Below are positions 27,465 through 42,813 of a stretch of DNA of 64,000 nt, piece by piece (position 1 is the stretch's first letter; each line of letters opens with the position of its first letter). The stretch comes from Eledone cirrhosa. Its lineage: Eukaryota. The translations under genes were made by a program, and so were the position numbers. The DNA is taken from NCBI GenBank assembly GCA_964016885.1, contig OZ024743.1, positions 165,478,001-165,542,000 of the forward strand, read 5' to 3'. The notes beneath the pieces are model-generated. The model saw nothing but the letters and a program-made list of their open reading frames with translations, was not told the origin of the DNA and made no database searches.

Positions 27465-27657
27465 ATATATGTGTTTGTGTCTATATTGTATCTGTATTAT
27501 TTTTTACCGTTGGTCAGTCAATGGCAACATTGAGGACCGAATAAATTAGATTACCGATATAAAAGACACAGAAGCGAAAAGCGAAAACCAACCAAACAGT
27601 GAGTGTGTTCTGTTATTAATTCTGGCAACATTACACAAATATGACCCTACCCAAGTA

Positions 27658-27795
<138 letters not shown>

Positions 27796-28063
27796 ATTTC
27801 GTGAGAGAGAGAGAATATGTGTCTGTATGTATGTGTGTATGTGTGTATGCAAAGAGTAAACGGAAACAACAAAGCAAACGACACAGTTCAATGAAGAAAT
27901 ACATTAGTTCCAGGCTTGATATAGTAAGAAAAGAGTTGGTGATAGAATGAAAAATAAAAGATGAAATATAAAGATAGAGAGTGAGAAGAATGCGTGTTTG
28001 TGTGTGAGTTTGTGATTCACTCTCTCTCTCTAACTCCCCCTCTCTCTCTCTCTCTCTCTCTCC

Positions 28064-28149
<86 letters not shown>

Positions 28150-28364
28150 AAGTGTAAGGAATTCTTTTACAATGGAATTAGCTCGAAGGAGGAAAATACC
28201 CCTGAGCCGTGTATAATATCATAGCCTTTTGGCAATGCAGTTCGTCTTTGTTGATTTATTATTTTAAATCGATATGGACAAACTGTAGTATAATAATTAG
28301 TATCTTTCATTCTGGCTAAATTTTCTTTTGCAATATATATACAGATGTGTTGGTATCTGTGTTT

Positions 28365-28429
<65 letters not shown>

Positions 28430-28430
28430 G

Positions 28431-28548
<118 letters not shown>

Positions 28549-28610
28549 TAGAAAGTGAGGTTTTTTTTACAAAATGAAAAATAACCGAGGTGTCCTATAC
28601 GAGTGGAAGT

Positions 28611-28856
28611 ATAAAGAAAAAGGGATGAAATCGAAAATGCAACTGAAGTCATATTTTTTAAAAAAATATATATATTTATTTGGTTCCTTTACCGGTTTCG
28701 CAGTTCTTCTGCTTTTCAAAAGGTGAGTTGAGATCTCAACTCACCTTTTGAAAAGCAGAAGAACTGCGAAACGGGTAAAGGAACCAAATAAATATATATA
28801 TTTTTTTTAAAAATAAGACTTCAGTTGCATTTTCGATTTCATCCCTTTTTCTTTAT
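28611..28856. repeat. 246-bp near-perfect palindrome carrying two divergent hammerheads
   Basis: It is centred on GAGATCTC (28733/4), with HHR motifs at 28686-28723(-) and 28744-28781(+). Confidence 0.95.
28744..28781 (+). ncRNA. Minimal type I hammerhead, U3-A8 core variant
   Basis: The motif is CCTT-TTGAAAA-GCAG(AAGAA)CTGC-GAAAC-GG-GTA-AAGG. Confidence 0.7.
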
Positions 28857-28857
28857 G

Positions 28858-28985
<128 letters not shown>

Positions 28986-29002
28986 GTATATATATATATA
29001 TG

Positions 29003-29265
<263 letters not shown>

Positions 29266-29284
29266 TGTTCTTCTTTTTGGTAAA

Positions 29285-29578
29285 TATCATCTTGGTTAAG
29301 AGAGTGGGACTGGCTTTGTGCAGTGCCTTTGCTCACTATAAAAGCTTCACGGCACAGGCATTGCTTTATATCTGGAGATCTCTCTGCACTTGTCGTCACA
29401 TGGTACCATGGGCCCAGCACTATGTGTCAGTAATTGTCACAAGTGTAGTGTTTGTACCAGAGTTTTCAAGTCGCTGGCTGGACTAAAAAGTCACACTCGT
29501 TCAGCGCATCGGTAGGGGTTCTCCTACATGGATATAAAGTAGTGGCCGTACTCGAAAACGAGTTGGCAGCCACACCAT
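29285..29578 (+). mobile_element. Bipartite RTE derivative retaining the last C2H2 finger
   Basis: The 5' part resembles 31720-31785. It then reads [25 protein letters not shown] followed by an RTE-type 3' end. Confidence 0.75.
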
Positions 29579-29591
29579 ATATATATATGTA

Positions 29592-29820
<229 letters not shown>

Positions 29821-29949
29821 ATATATATAAACATCACGAGCACTCTATCTCAAAATTATTTTTGAAAAGCATTAGAAATGCGCAACCGGTAAAAACTTAA
29901 AACTAAAACTGAATATTAACCAATACTTATTACTAATTTATACTTATTC

Positions 29950-30130
29950 GGGTGAATTGGCAGTATCGGTAGAGCGTTGGACGCCATGCTTTCTAGCATA
30001 GTTACGTTCCTTTACGGTCTGAGTTCAAATCCCGCCAAGGTTAACTTTGCCTTTCATCCTTCCGGATCGATAAAATAAAGTACCAGTAATGTACTGGATA
30101 ATTGCTGGCCTTGTGCCTAAAGTAGAAACA
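29950..30130 (+). mobile_element. Full-length tRNA-derived SINE with 21-bp TSD
   Basis: It has A/B boxes, core and tail. The TSD ATTACTAATTTATACTTATTC is at 29929-29949 and 30131-30151. Confidence 0.92.
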
Positions 30131-30205
30131 ATTACTAATTTATACTTATTCTTAAACTATTTTTCACGGGGAAAAATTTGTCAGCATTTTCTTTTTCTTT
30201 TTACT

Positions 30206-30249
<44 letters not shown>

Positions 30250-30311
30250 TGTAGTACACTGAAAGGTAATATCCGTAGTGGTAGAGCACTCAGTCCATGG
30301 GACGAGTTAAG

Positions 30312-30437
30312 TAGAAGTGGTTACACAACAGTTAGTTCACGATGCCGAGAACAATTGTTTCACCTTAGCGGATCCTCACCTCGTAATGAGTTCATTGTTC
30401 TCGGTATGGTGAACTAACTGTTGTGTAACCACTTCTA
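30312..30437. repeat. Hairpin (44-bp arms) with a hammerhead-like motif at 30346-30383(-)
   Basis: The minus strand reads CGAG-GTGAGGA-TCC(GCTAA)GGT-GAAAC-AATT-GTT-CTCG. Confidence 0.8.
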
Positions 30438-30560
30438 TATATAGAAATATATATATATAAAAACAAATAACGAAACTATATATATATATATATATATAGT
30501 AATAATACTAAATATGAAGACTAAAATCCAAAAAGCAAATATTTATTAAAATAAAATATA

Positions 30561-30695
<135 letters not shown>

Positions 30696-31366
30696 AAGAT
30701 AGTCATAATTATAGAGAGATTGTTGGATGATTGAACCATTCTCATTCAACCAAGTGAGAGACTTAAGCACTGATAGTGTACAACGATTCATCAGCTATAA
30801 CTTAATGGTTACGTGTCTTAAACAAATGGGAAATGGACTGTAAATATGCCACTTAAATGTGAAATATTTACCACAACTAATTTTACGGCATATCTAGATA
30901 TTTCGGTGACGATTCATTTTGTCACCCGCTGTTAAACTAAAGTAAGTTATTCGTTTAGCTACACAATATATAGCTGTTGTTGATAACACGGTTAAATGGT
31001 ATATGAATCGACGACCTGGAACGGTCAAAGGAACGAAGCTTGTCTGCAAAACAATTAAACAGTTCATTGGCCTCCGTGAAGTGAAGAAAAGCTGAGCTAG
31101 TATGGCCATGTGGCACGATTCAATGGCTTTGCAAAACCATCCAACGAGGAACTGTTGTTGGGGAGAGAACCAGAAGAAGATTATTAGCGGAGGCATGAGA
31201 TCTATCCTGCAATCACGAGATATGAAAAGGACTGGCATATAGTATGTTGCAACGGTGCCCTTACGATTTTATCCGAAGTTGAAGGTCTACGATATTATGT
31301 ATGTATGTATGTATGTATGTATGTATGTATGTATGTATGTATGTATGTATGTATGTATGTGCATAT

Positions 31367-31397
<31 letters not shown>

Positions 31398-31867
31398 CAA
31401 AGGGCGGAAGAACTCATAAGAGTCAACGACCATCCAAAATTGTTGTAAATATGTATATACACATGTACATATGTAAGTATATGTGTATATACATGGGTGC
31501 CTGTGTATGTATATGCGCGGGGACATAGAAATAGTCGGGCTTGACACCCGATCGCGCAGTTAAACCACTGGGAGTGAAGGACCCCTAGCCTTTGTCATGG
31601 CAATCTTCTAGGAAAAGGCAACTCAGGAGACTGGGATAACTCCGATATAAAACCTGCGGCTCAGTAGTTACAGATGATGTTGTCCTTTTCTTCTTTTCGG
31701 GTTATAGCTACTGTCACCCAGAGAGTGGGATTGGCTCCGTGCACAGTCTTTCCTCACTTTAAAAAATATCTTCACGCACAGGCATTGCACGATAGAATTA
31801 ATGAATAATTATTAATAATGGTATATCGTGCAATGGCCATACTCGATAACGAGGGGGCAGCCATCAT
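31398..31867 (+). mobile_element. Non-autonomous bipartite RTE-derived element
   Basis: An RTE-5'UTR-like part (AGGAAAAGGCAACTC..TAAAACC) is joined to the RTE 3' end. A second copy lies at 2706-3355. Confidence 0.8.
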
Positions 31868-31946
31868 ATATATATATATATATACATAAGAAAGAGAGAG
31901 AGGAAGAGTAGGGACCCCACGGCTGAGCTCTTGCCATTTCGACAGC

Positions 31947-32030
<84 letters not shown>

Positions 32031-32081
32031 TGTGTGTGTGTGTGTGGGGGGGGGGGGGGTGATGCGTATATATATATATAT

Positions 32082-32665
32082 CATCATCATCACCGTTTTA
32101 CGTCCGTTCTTCCACGCTAGCATGGGTTAGACGGGTTGTCCTGTTGTGTGCAGTGTCTGGTCGGCTGACCATGCCTTGCTCATACAGGAACTGATCTGGC
32201 TTGATTTCTACAGCTGGATGCCCTTCCTAACACCAACCTCATTTACAGTGAGTGGTGGGTGCTTTTTCGTGGCGCCTACACGTCCACTTTACAGTGTGGG
32301 CTGGGTGCTTTTTTGCTGTGGCACCTCCACGACCACCTTGCGGTGGGGGGGGGGGGGGGGCATATTGTTTATATGCTTCAGCATGTACCCATGGGAGGTC
32401 GGGTACCCTGTATTACTGCGTGACGCCAGAAGTCACGGTCGTGTGTCATTGTCTTTGAGAGGTGTAATTGGGTAAGGTCGGCTTTTATCACCTCATCCCA
32501 GTTCATCTTGGGTCTCCCCACTCCGCGGTTTCCATCAACTTCTAGTGCTCTGCACCTTTTTATGCAGCTGTCATCCTTCATACGCATCACATGTCCATAC
32601 CAGCGCAACCGCCTCTCCTGCACACAGCATTTGATTCCTCTTATGCTCAGTCTCTCTCTCAATTC
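32082..32665 (-). mobile_element. RTE-clade LINE 3' fragment (second family)
   Basis: It reads [12 protein letters not shown]...RGVGRPKMNW and has a 3'UTR ending in (GAT)n. A shorter copy lies at ~38105-38265. Confidence 0.85.
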
Positions 32666-32679
32666 ATTTATGCATTGTC

Positions 32680-32817
<138 letters not shown>

Positions 32818-34107
32818 TAGTCTTATTAGGAGGCTACCACAATGCAAGTGAGACATTCATTGATACAGATATTGTGATAAGAAAGATTTGGGGATGTTAC
32901 GTTGGAGTAGTTTAATGGTACTTATGAAATATTAAATAAAATCATTTCATCAAAAGAGTAATAGAGCTAGAGAGAGAGACAGAGGTAGAGAGAGACACAG
33001 ACATAGAAAGAGACAGAAAAACACAGAACAAGATAGGCACTCACAGAGGGATATAGGGAAACAGAGGGAAAGAGAGGAAAGGAGAAATAGAGGGGGAGGG
33101 GGTAGAGGGAGACACAGAGAGATAGTGAAACAGTGAAAGATAAAGAGACGGAGTGAAACAGGGTGAAAGAAAGAGAGATAAAATTAGACAGAGAGAGATA
33201 GAGGGACAGGAAGAGACAGGGAGATATAGAATGACAAAAGGAAGCAGAGAGAGACAAGAAACAGAGATAAAAAGTCAAAGAGACAGAGAGAGAGATAGGC
33301 AACTGAGAAAGAAAGAGAAAGAAAAAAGAGGCAACCAACTCTTGATATTTTTTTTTTCTAACGGACCGTGGCGGTATTTTTTACCGTTTAGTTAGAGAGG
33401 GTATGGGAGCTCGCATGATATTTTATTTTGGGGAGTCATCTGAGTCTGTTAGAAGGAAGGTTGTCTACTCTTTGTATTTTCTACCATAACTACAAATTGA
33501 TAACTGCTTACCGCACTCAAATTGACAAATGCTCACCACCTTCTCTTCAAACCAATGATCTGGACTGAATGTTTGAAACAGATGGAACTCTGTTAATGGT
33601 AACCTCAAGCTAGTAATGCTAAATAGTGAGACGGATTAAGCCTATGTATCCCAAGAAAGAGTCATGAGTTATGCATGCGATAGGCTACTGCACAGTTTCC
33701 ATCTGCTAAATTTCACTCACAACTCGAGACTATAGTAGAATACATTGCCAAAGTACTTCTCAATGAGATTTTTAACCATACAACCGTTCATTTCTGATTC
33801 GCCAGATCTATGATTAAAAGCGTTCCAGTATTAGCAAGTTCATCTTCATTTATGACGAAGTGCTGTAATATAGGAGAGCGACGATATAAAATCCCTGTCT
33901 CGGTGGGCAATGAGATGTAGTGTAAATACATAAGCAAAAGCTCGATGAACATACATAAAAATCATGTTGCAATAGTTAATCTCACTGATCCATCCACCCA
34001 TCATTGATCTTGAACTGTTGATGGAGTTGTAATGACGACGTCGTGATATTTAAAAGTGTCGGAACCCATCTCTCTCCAGTTATGAACACAACCAATTTTT
34101 TCCATAG

Positions 34108-34421
<314 letters not shown>

Positions 34422-34509
34422 AATATTTGCTCTAGGGTTCTTATATATTTGTTATATATTTATGCTTATCGAGCCCTCTTTGGATTTTAGTCTTCAAATT
34501 TATTATTAT

Positions 34510-34601
<92 letters not shown>

Positions 34602-35023
34602 TGTGTGTGTGAAAGAGAAATGTGTGTGTGAGCAGAGAGAGAATCAACTCCAGTACTGGAATTGTACTTTATTTGTCGACCTCGAAAGGATGAAATATAA
34701 AATTGAACTCTAAGTTTTGAGAGTTTCCATCTATTGCCGCAATATATATATAAAGTCTAGAAGAGATCTAAAACGTCCAAGAAGCATTGTCAACTCGCGC
34801 ATATAACGTCAGATTACGTTATAAAAACTAATATCAACCATCATCAGAATCACCATCATCATTATCACCTTTACCATCACCATCACCATCATCATCGTCA
34901 TCATCATCATCATCATCATTAGGTTCTCATCATCCTTTCCTTTATCCCCTCTCCCTATCATTTCATTCTCTCCTTCTCTCTCTCTCCTCTCGCATAAAAG
35001 TTTGAATTGTTAATACAACTTAC

Positions 35024-35060
35024 CGAAAAAAAAGCATATCCCATAAATTAATCCGTTCAT
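35024..35060 (-). CDS. Host gene coding exon 1: MNGLIYGICFFF (signal peptide start)
   Basis: The start context is CACA-ATG and the donor is G|GTAAGT. The phase-1 join to exon 2 gives the 19-aa signal MNGLIYGICFFFVIGRVMA. Confidence 0.82.
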
Positions 35061-35119
35061 TGTGGATGTGTTTGCCTTTGTTTGTTTTGCTTTGTAGGGA
35101 AATTTAACCTCAAGCGCTG

Positions 35120-35155
<36 letters not shown>

Positions 35156-35333
35156 TTATGTTTTTTTGATTTTTTTTATCGCTTTAAGATGGTCTGTTGG
35201 TCCTTTCTGCGTGTGATTGTCAAAAGATTTGGCTACACAAATGACAGCTAGAACAGTTTTCCTTTTAAAGTTATTTTTGACTCAGCAGTGACTGCTGCAG
35301 GCAAGGTTCTTCCGTCCTATATTAAGCAGCAAG

Positions 35334-35451
<118 letters not shown>

Positions 35452-35461
35452 TATGTATATA

Positions 35462-35520
<59 letters not shown>

Positions 35521-35521
35521 G

Positions 35522-35590
<69 letters not shown>

Positions 35591-35952
35591 GCAGACACAC
35601 ATAAATTTCAATACACACAAGTACATACTAACAACTGCGCGCGCACTCGCACACAATTACACCCAAACAATTAAAGACACACAAACAAACACACGTACAC
35701 ACACATACATATAGTCTACTAGTTAGCAAGGAAATAATTACCAAGAGCTATTAACTTTTTGATTTAACGTTTAGTAAGGAACAAAAGAATTTGACATTTG
35801 TTTATAGCTAAGTGGACCGAGCCTAGAACTTAAGAAAACTAAAGATATAAATAGGAAAAAAAAACAAAAAACAAAGAAAACGAAGGAAGATAACAAAAAA
35901 TAGCGAACGGCGTACAAATTCAATATAATTACACCTTTTGAACATGGGAAAA

Positions 35953-35986
35953 TTTAACGTTTCGGACAGTCGTCCTTCATCGAGAA
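35953..35986 (-). ncRNA. Degenerate PLE-type hammerhead
   Basis: The motif is TCGATGA-AGGAC(GACT)GTCC-GAAACGTT. Confidence 0.55.
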
Positions 35987-36499
35987 CAGGAACGTGTGTG
36001 TGTCTGTGGGGGGTTTAATGAAAGAGAATGGTGTTGATTTCCGTAAAGCAGCATGGTGGTTAAACAGGATTTAGAATTGGGGTTTGGAGCCAAAAGAGCG
36101 GAATTTGAGGGGGATAAATGAAATAAACGTGTGAAGGTATAAAAAGTGTATACCTATATTATATATTTAAGTGAATGTATACAGTATGGAAGTATAACAA
36201 AGTACCTTATAAGTGCATGTGTGTGTGTATTTGTTCTTGGGGAATCGATGTACGGCCGTAAAGAAAACACTTTCAACCGCCAAGAAACGTTCCCATGCGG
36301 ACTACAATCTACATTTCCTCACACGTATCCAAGCAAACACGCAAATATACACAAACACAAACATATACACACAAACATACACACACAAAAAGATACACAC
36401 ACACGAATATACACACACAACATACACTATACAACTCATCTACCACACACCATCACATATTCACACTACGCATCTAAAAGTCTCTAAAAATCAAAAGTC

Positions 36500-36765
36500 A
36501 GTCACGATCCCGGTGGCTCATGAGGCCGGTGCTTATGCCAGTTTCCGTGGTGTTAAGCGAGAGAGACTACGAGACCCCTTGACATGACGCCACTCCATCG
36601 CAGAGTAAGACTACCAGCTATTGCTGGAACTCAATTTCAACTAAGTGTACTGGAGCAACGTGGAATGAAGTGTTTTGCTCAAGAACACCACACAAAACCT
36701 CGTCCAGGAATCTAACCACGACATTATGACTGTAAATACAACACCCTTCCCACTAGGCCATGCTT
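36500..36765 (-). mobile_element. tRNA-derived SINE (second family)
   Basis: It has the head TGGCCTAGTGG...GGTTAGATTCC and the core GTGTTCTTGAGCAAAACACTT. Confidence 0.7.
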
Positions 36766-37164
36766 TACACTCTATTATGCTATGTTCATAACATCTATTC
36801 CCCAAACCATGCATATGCACACGCATACACACATACACACGGATTCTACATATATGCACACACATACAGACATGCATACACAAACATACACGCAGATACA
36901 TATACATACATACACATGCACATGGCAATGTGACAAAAGAAGTGGAATACTACACGTGATGTTATGCTTCACAAGCTGGACTGGCTCTCCCAGCGTATCT
37001 TGTAATTTTGTCCGCTGGGTTTGTAAAGCAGTATTTAACTAAGGATTTGCTTTTCAGAAGGACAAAACGACCGAAAAAAAGAATGTCGCAACCCCCATTG
37101 GCTAATTTCTGATGTTACCGCCGGATGTCACTATACACACACAAACACACACACATACACACAG

Positions 37165-37266
<102 letters not shown>

Positions 37267-37329
37267 GTGTGTATGTGTCAAAATTAAACAGAAATAACAA
37301 CACAATAGGCATAGTATATTAGGTTAACG

Positions 37330-38086
37330 CTTGAAATAGCAGGAAGAGGGCCTTAACATTTCGCACGCTAGTCCTTCATCAGATGAAAGAATGAGAAATT
37401 AGAAAGATTGAAGGGACGGGCGGGGGGAAATTAGAAAAAATATTTTTAGGAAAAATAACAGGTCCATTCATGTTGGCATCTCTTGGAAAACTGTTGATGC
37501 TGGCGTCTTGTGTATGATATATTTTTTTTAGAAAGGTGGATGATAGAGCGCGTCTACCTGAAATGGAAAAGAATACCGTTTTGTATAAAGAGCTATACGT
37601 GTGCGCGTGCGTATGCATGTGTGTGTGTATGTGTGTGTGTGTCTGTGTGTTATTATACGTCCGTACGAAGCTAACAGGATATGTGTGTATATGTAAGTAA
37701 AATAGTGTGTGCGCTTGTAAGTATGAAGCAAAACTATGTTAATATAAGGGTCTGTGTGTGTGTGTATACAGAGGTGTGATGGGAAAGTGGAGTGTACGTA
37801 TTTTGTTGGTCTGTATTATCTGTAAGAGTATATTTCTGACCATAAGAGAGCCATAGGAATCTAGGGGTGAATGTACAAGTGTGTGTGTGATAATGGACGG
37901 GATATTAAAGAAATTGGGGAGGTGAGTTGAGTCCATCAGGGAAACAGGACCCAAGGCAGTAAATCAGACTCTGTTCAGTACTGGTGCGCGAGGCCTGTGA
38001 TCAGTGATGTAAAAGGACACCCATGACTGAGACATGTAGGGAAGAGTGACCCAGGGTTCGGAAATGACGGGTGACGGGTGTATCCA
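37330..38086 (-). mobile_element. Penelope-like 3' fragment with hammerhead at 37352-37386
   Basis: It reads PVTRHFRTLGHS..VSVMGV...EQSLIYCLGSCFPDGLN, the GIY-YIG C-terminus. Downstream is CTGATGA-AGGAC(TAGC)GTGC-GAAATGTT. Confidence 0.8.
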
Positions 38087-39648
38087 AACCAAATCCCTCA
38101 AATATATTATCATCATCCTCATTATCATCTCCATTTAAAGTCCATTTTTCCACGCTAGCATGGGTTTGACAAGTTGTCTCGTAGTGAGACAAACTAGATT
38201 CTATGATCATGTATTGCTCATATAGAACTGATTTGGAATTGGTTTCTACAGCTGGCATAGCTTTAAAGAGGCTGTTTGCATAATTGCAAACGAATCGAAT
38301 ATTATCATTAATATTCGAAAAACTCAGATTACATTTATTGTATTCAGCCATGTAGATCAATAAACGATTTGTTTGTTTATATATATATGCCAGATTGGCT
38401 TTTGCACGACCAACACCAAATCTTTATGTGTTGAGGCCTTTCCACACTACATAAGCTAGTAGCTTATAACTGTTGCTTGCGGTGGTGATAGGATTAGAAG
38501 TATCTTATCAATACTCTCAGGGCCGTGGCGTAGACGCTCCTACATTGACCCCTTTTAGTTGAATGAAGCCTCAAGTAGTTTTTCAGTAGTTTTTCGGAAA
38601 AAACAACCATAAACCGACGGAAAAAATATTACAGGTTTCTCATGTGTTATTTTTAATAGTGTTTCCATAAATCAAATAAAGAACCCAAAATTTAATGAGA
38701 GGCTGACACACACATATGCCCACAGAGCTATATAAGAAAATGAGGCATATATATACACAAACACGGAAAAGATATGAAGAAGATAGTGGTAAGAAACTCT
38801 CAGGAGAGCTGAATAGCAGAAAGTCTTCACAGAAGAACCCCCCCCCCCCTCAAGCAAGCGTTTTAGCCCTTAACTTCTTACACTGTATGGAGGCCGAGCT
38901 ACATGCTGGTCAATTAAGACGTATGTAGATTTTATTGACAGGAACTAGCTGGAACTCCGCTTTGTTGCCTTTACTTTGAAACTTATATCTAGAAGCTTTC
39001 TTGAGTTTGGAAAAATAACGTTAGTAGTCATGGTAACGGCGAGACAGCATCAGTGTCACCGGCCACCGCCAACTACAACTATGAATTACTCAGAGTTACT
39101 TCCCTTCACGTACGTTAAATTACAAACAAAATGCCCTCAAACTGTATGGAGGTCTTTTTGTTCACGGACTAAATATTAAGTAGATATGACATATATACAC
39201 ACACATGGAAGAGATATAAAGAATGTATCACAAAATATGCTGCTGGCAATAGAAGAGAGAGCGGAAGTTGATATCAAAGCAGGCGTGTATTGTTACTTTA
39301 TGTTGATTGAATGCATGTGGTACCTTCTTTCATGCAGGATAGAGAGAGGCGGACGTTCAATACTGACGCAAGCGTGTGTTTATTGCTTTAGTGTCAGCTA
39401 CTATGTTGAATGCGTGTCGCTCACTTTCTTCGCTTTCTTTATCTCTGTTTCTTTCACTCTTCGTTCATGCATTGGCAACTTATTTGCTTATTTTCATCTT
39501 TGGCTTTCAGCACTCTATTTAATTTCACATGTGGTTTCTCTCAAATTCTCACTTCTTCATTCTCATTATTTTCCGTCATATTCCATCGTAGTGAAGACGG
39601 TAACTCAGGACGACCACAGATTGACAAACAGTCAAACAAACGAGGAAT

Positions 39649-39712
<64 letters not shown>

Positions 39713-40740
39713 TGTGCGCGCGCGCGCGCGTGCATATGTAAGTATTAGACTAATTAACCTTTAATTAATATTAAACTGCTCCTTAATAATCGAGGTGTAC
39801 CAGACGGTCTTTAGACTGCCATTTCTAGTGACATTATAAGCCTGTCAAGTAGTCTTAATATCCTAGCAGGCTTGAAAACACTACGCGTGTTTTTTTTATT
39901 TCACCATGCTGCCGCGGCTAAGAAAATAGTATGTATTATATTTTGTTCCTCTTTCTCTCTCTTTTTCTCTCTCTCTCTCTCTTATTCTCAGGCTCCCCTT
40001 TTTGTCTCGTCAAACCCCTCTCTCTCTTTCGAATTCCCTGCAAGAAATGAGCTGTTGTCCGACCTGCAGAATATTGGGCTCCGGCGATTCAGTCAGAAGT
40101 AAATTATCTGATAGGTTCTTCGAGTTGTAAGGTGGAGGGCTGCCACTTGAGGGACATTTGGCTTCTAATTTCTAGATGTTGCATTTGTATTTTGGAAAAG
40201 CATGGCGTAGATCAAAGGTTTCAACCCATTTCGGCCAAACGCCCCTCGAAATAACGAAACGCCCCCCGACTCTATTTTTCCATTTTTCAATAAACTACTG
40301 ATTTTGATATCAGTAGATTACTGGGCCAAATCAAGTTATGTTAGAATCTTAAAAAAAATATTTAAAAAATACTCGTACGAATTAAATACAAAAAAGTTTC
40401 AGTCCAAAACAAAAGGAAACTATTTCAAATTATATATTTTTGAAAAATAGACGTGAATATTCTCAAAGATTTGATCTCAGTCGAAAAAGCTTTTATTTTA
40501 AATTCTATATTTCACTGTGGATTCACTGTGATTCTATATTTTGAGTGGATAGACAATTCTACAATTCAAAACTGTAAAGTCAAAATACAAAAGATGCAAA
40601 ATATGAAGAATTTCTTACCCTTCTCTGAAATCAAGGGAAAATAGTACCTTGCAAAATAAAGTGCCTCGATCACAAACTTAATTGCAACGAATGAATTGAG
40701 ATAGATGCTTAGTGACTGTGAGCAAACAATATCTGTATCC

Positions 40741-41077
40741 CATATATATCGCTATTTCAGAGCATTTAATCCAATTTCTAATTTCTGCCGGACCGGCAAC
40801 CGCTCTTTCAAACCAGTTCCTGTACACAGCTAAGTATTCTATAAGTCTCTAGCTGTGTCATTCTCGATAAAAGCACTGGATATGTAATCCTGAAGATTTC
40901 TAATAAGAATGAAACGCGTAGGTTACTTCCCTTGCTTTTATCGAGACTCTAATTGTAATACGTGACGTATTCTATTCTATAGCGATTAGGTCTTCAAAAT
41001 GTTTATTATAAACATACAGAATATTTTCGAATATTCTATGTCTATCTTCACATATATATCGCTATTTCAGAGCATTT

Positions 41078-41085
<8 letters not shown>
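40741..41085 (+). mobile_element. Retrozyme-like element family A, copy 1 (310-bp monomer plus 35-bp redundancy)
   Basis: There is a direct repeat at 40741 and 41051, an internal HHR and a (TA)n 3' flank. It is homologous to 55235-55672. Confidence 0.75.
40884..40926 (+). ncRNA. Canonical type I hammerhead ribozyme (GUA site)
   Basis: The motif is GTAATC-CTGAAGA-TTTCT(AATA)AGAAT-GAAAC-GC-GTA-GGTTAC, with a 14-bp stem I extension at 40862-40875/40933-40946. Confidence 0.9.
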
Positions 41086-41161
<76 letters not shown>

Positions 41162-41367
41162 TGCAGTGCACCTTACTGCTGCATTAGTGCTGCAGAAACT
41201 CGAATCCGGGAACCTTATAGGCACCCGTTTTACGTGTGTTGTGTTGAGGCAAATAACTATGTATATACTCTGGTAATGTATCTTACATTGCCCATTGAGT
41301 GCGCTGAGATACAACCGGTACTGGCATTGATAAATATGGTGGGTCCGTTAACCCTTATTATATATAT

Positions 41368-42081
<714 letters not shown>

Positions 42082-42104
42082 AGAGAGAGAGAGAGAGAGA
42101 GAGA

Positions 42105-42139
<35 letters not shown>

Positions 42140-42153
42140 TGTGTGTGTGTGTT

Positions 42154-42190
<37 letters not shown>

Positions 42191-42192
42191 GA

Positions 42193-42315
<123 letters not shown>

Positions 42316-42813
42316 GTGTGTGTGTTTGGTACACGTCTATCTATCTATTCATCCAACCAACCCCCCACAAATCTAGCTGTCGTCTGTTCTACAGCGTAGA
42401 TGTAATTCACTTCGCGCAGAAGTTTTGTTCCAATTTATTGCGGAAATTTTGTAAGTTCAATTTTAATTTTGATACTATTGTGTAGCTTGACCCCCCGTCT
42501 GAACTGTCAGGCCGTGGGTCAGCTCATCTTCGCCCCTCCCAGGGGTTAAAAACCTGTTTTTAAAAATTTTGTGGCATAAAAAATTCAATGGTCTGACAGA
42601 AATGTTAAACGAAGCTAACGAAAATAGTGGTGGGGGGGGGGGGGGCAGCGGTAAGAGTTGTAAGCTCGCACGCTTTAGTTCCCCCCCTCCTTCCCAACTA
42701 ACGTCATAGAGAACGAAAGAAAAAATAAAATAAAAACAGATGAATGTGCGGAGAAAAATGACGAAAACACAAATCTGGACATTGATTCCAACAACAACAA
42801 AAAAATTGAAAAA

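Noticed and set aside
35285-35330. TATA-like TAATATAG about 25 nt before CAGTC on the minus strand as the host promoter
   Set aside because: The position is plausible but the motif is too degenerate to call without TSS data.
38410-38525. Hairpin cluster with minus-strand GAAAG-GC-CTC half-motif
   Set aside because: There is no matching CUGANGA in register with stem I.
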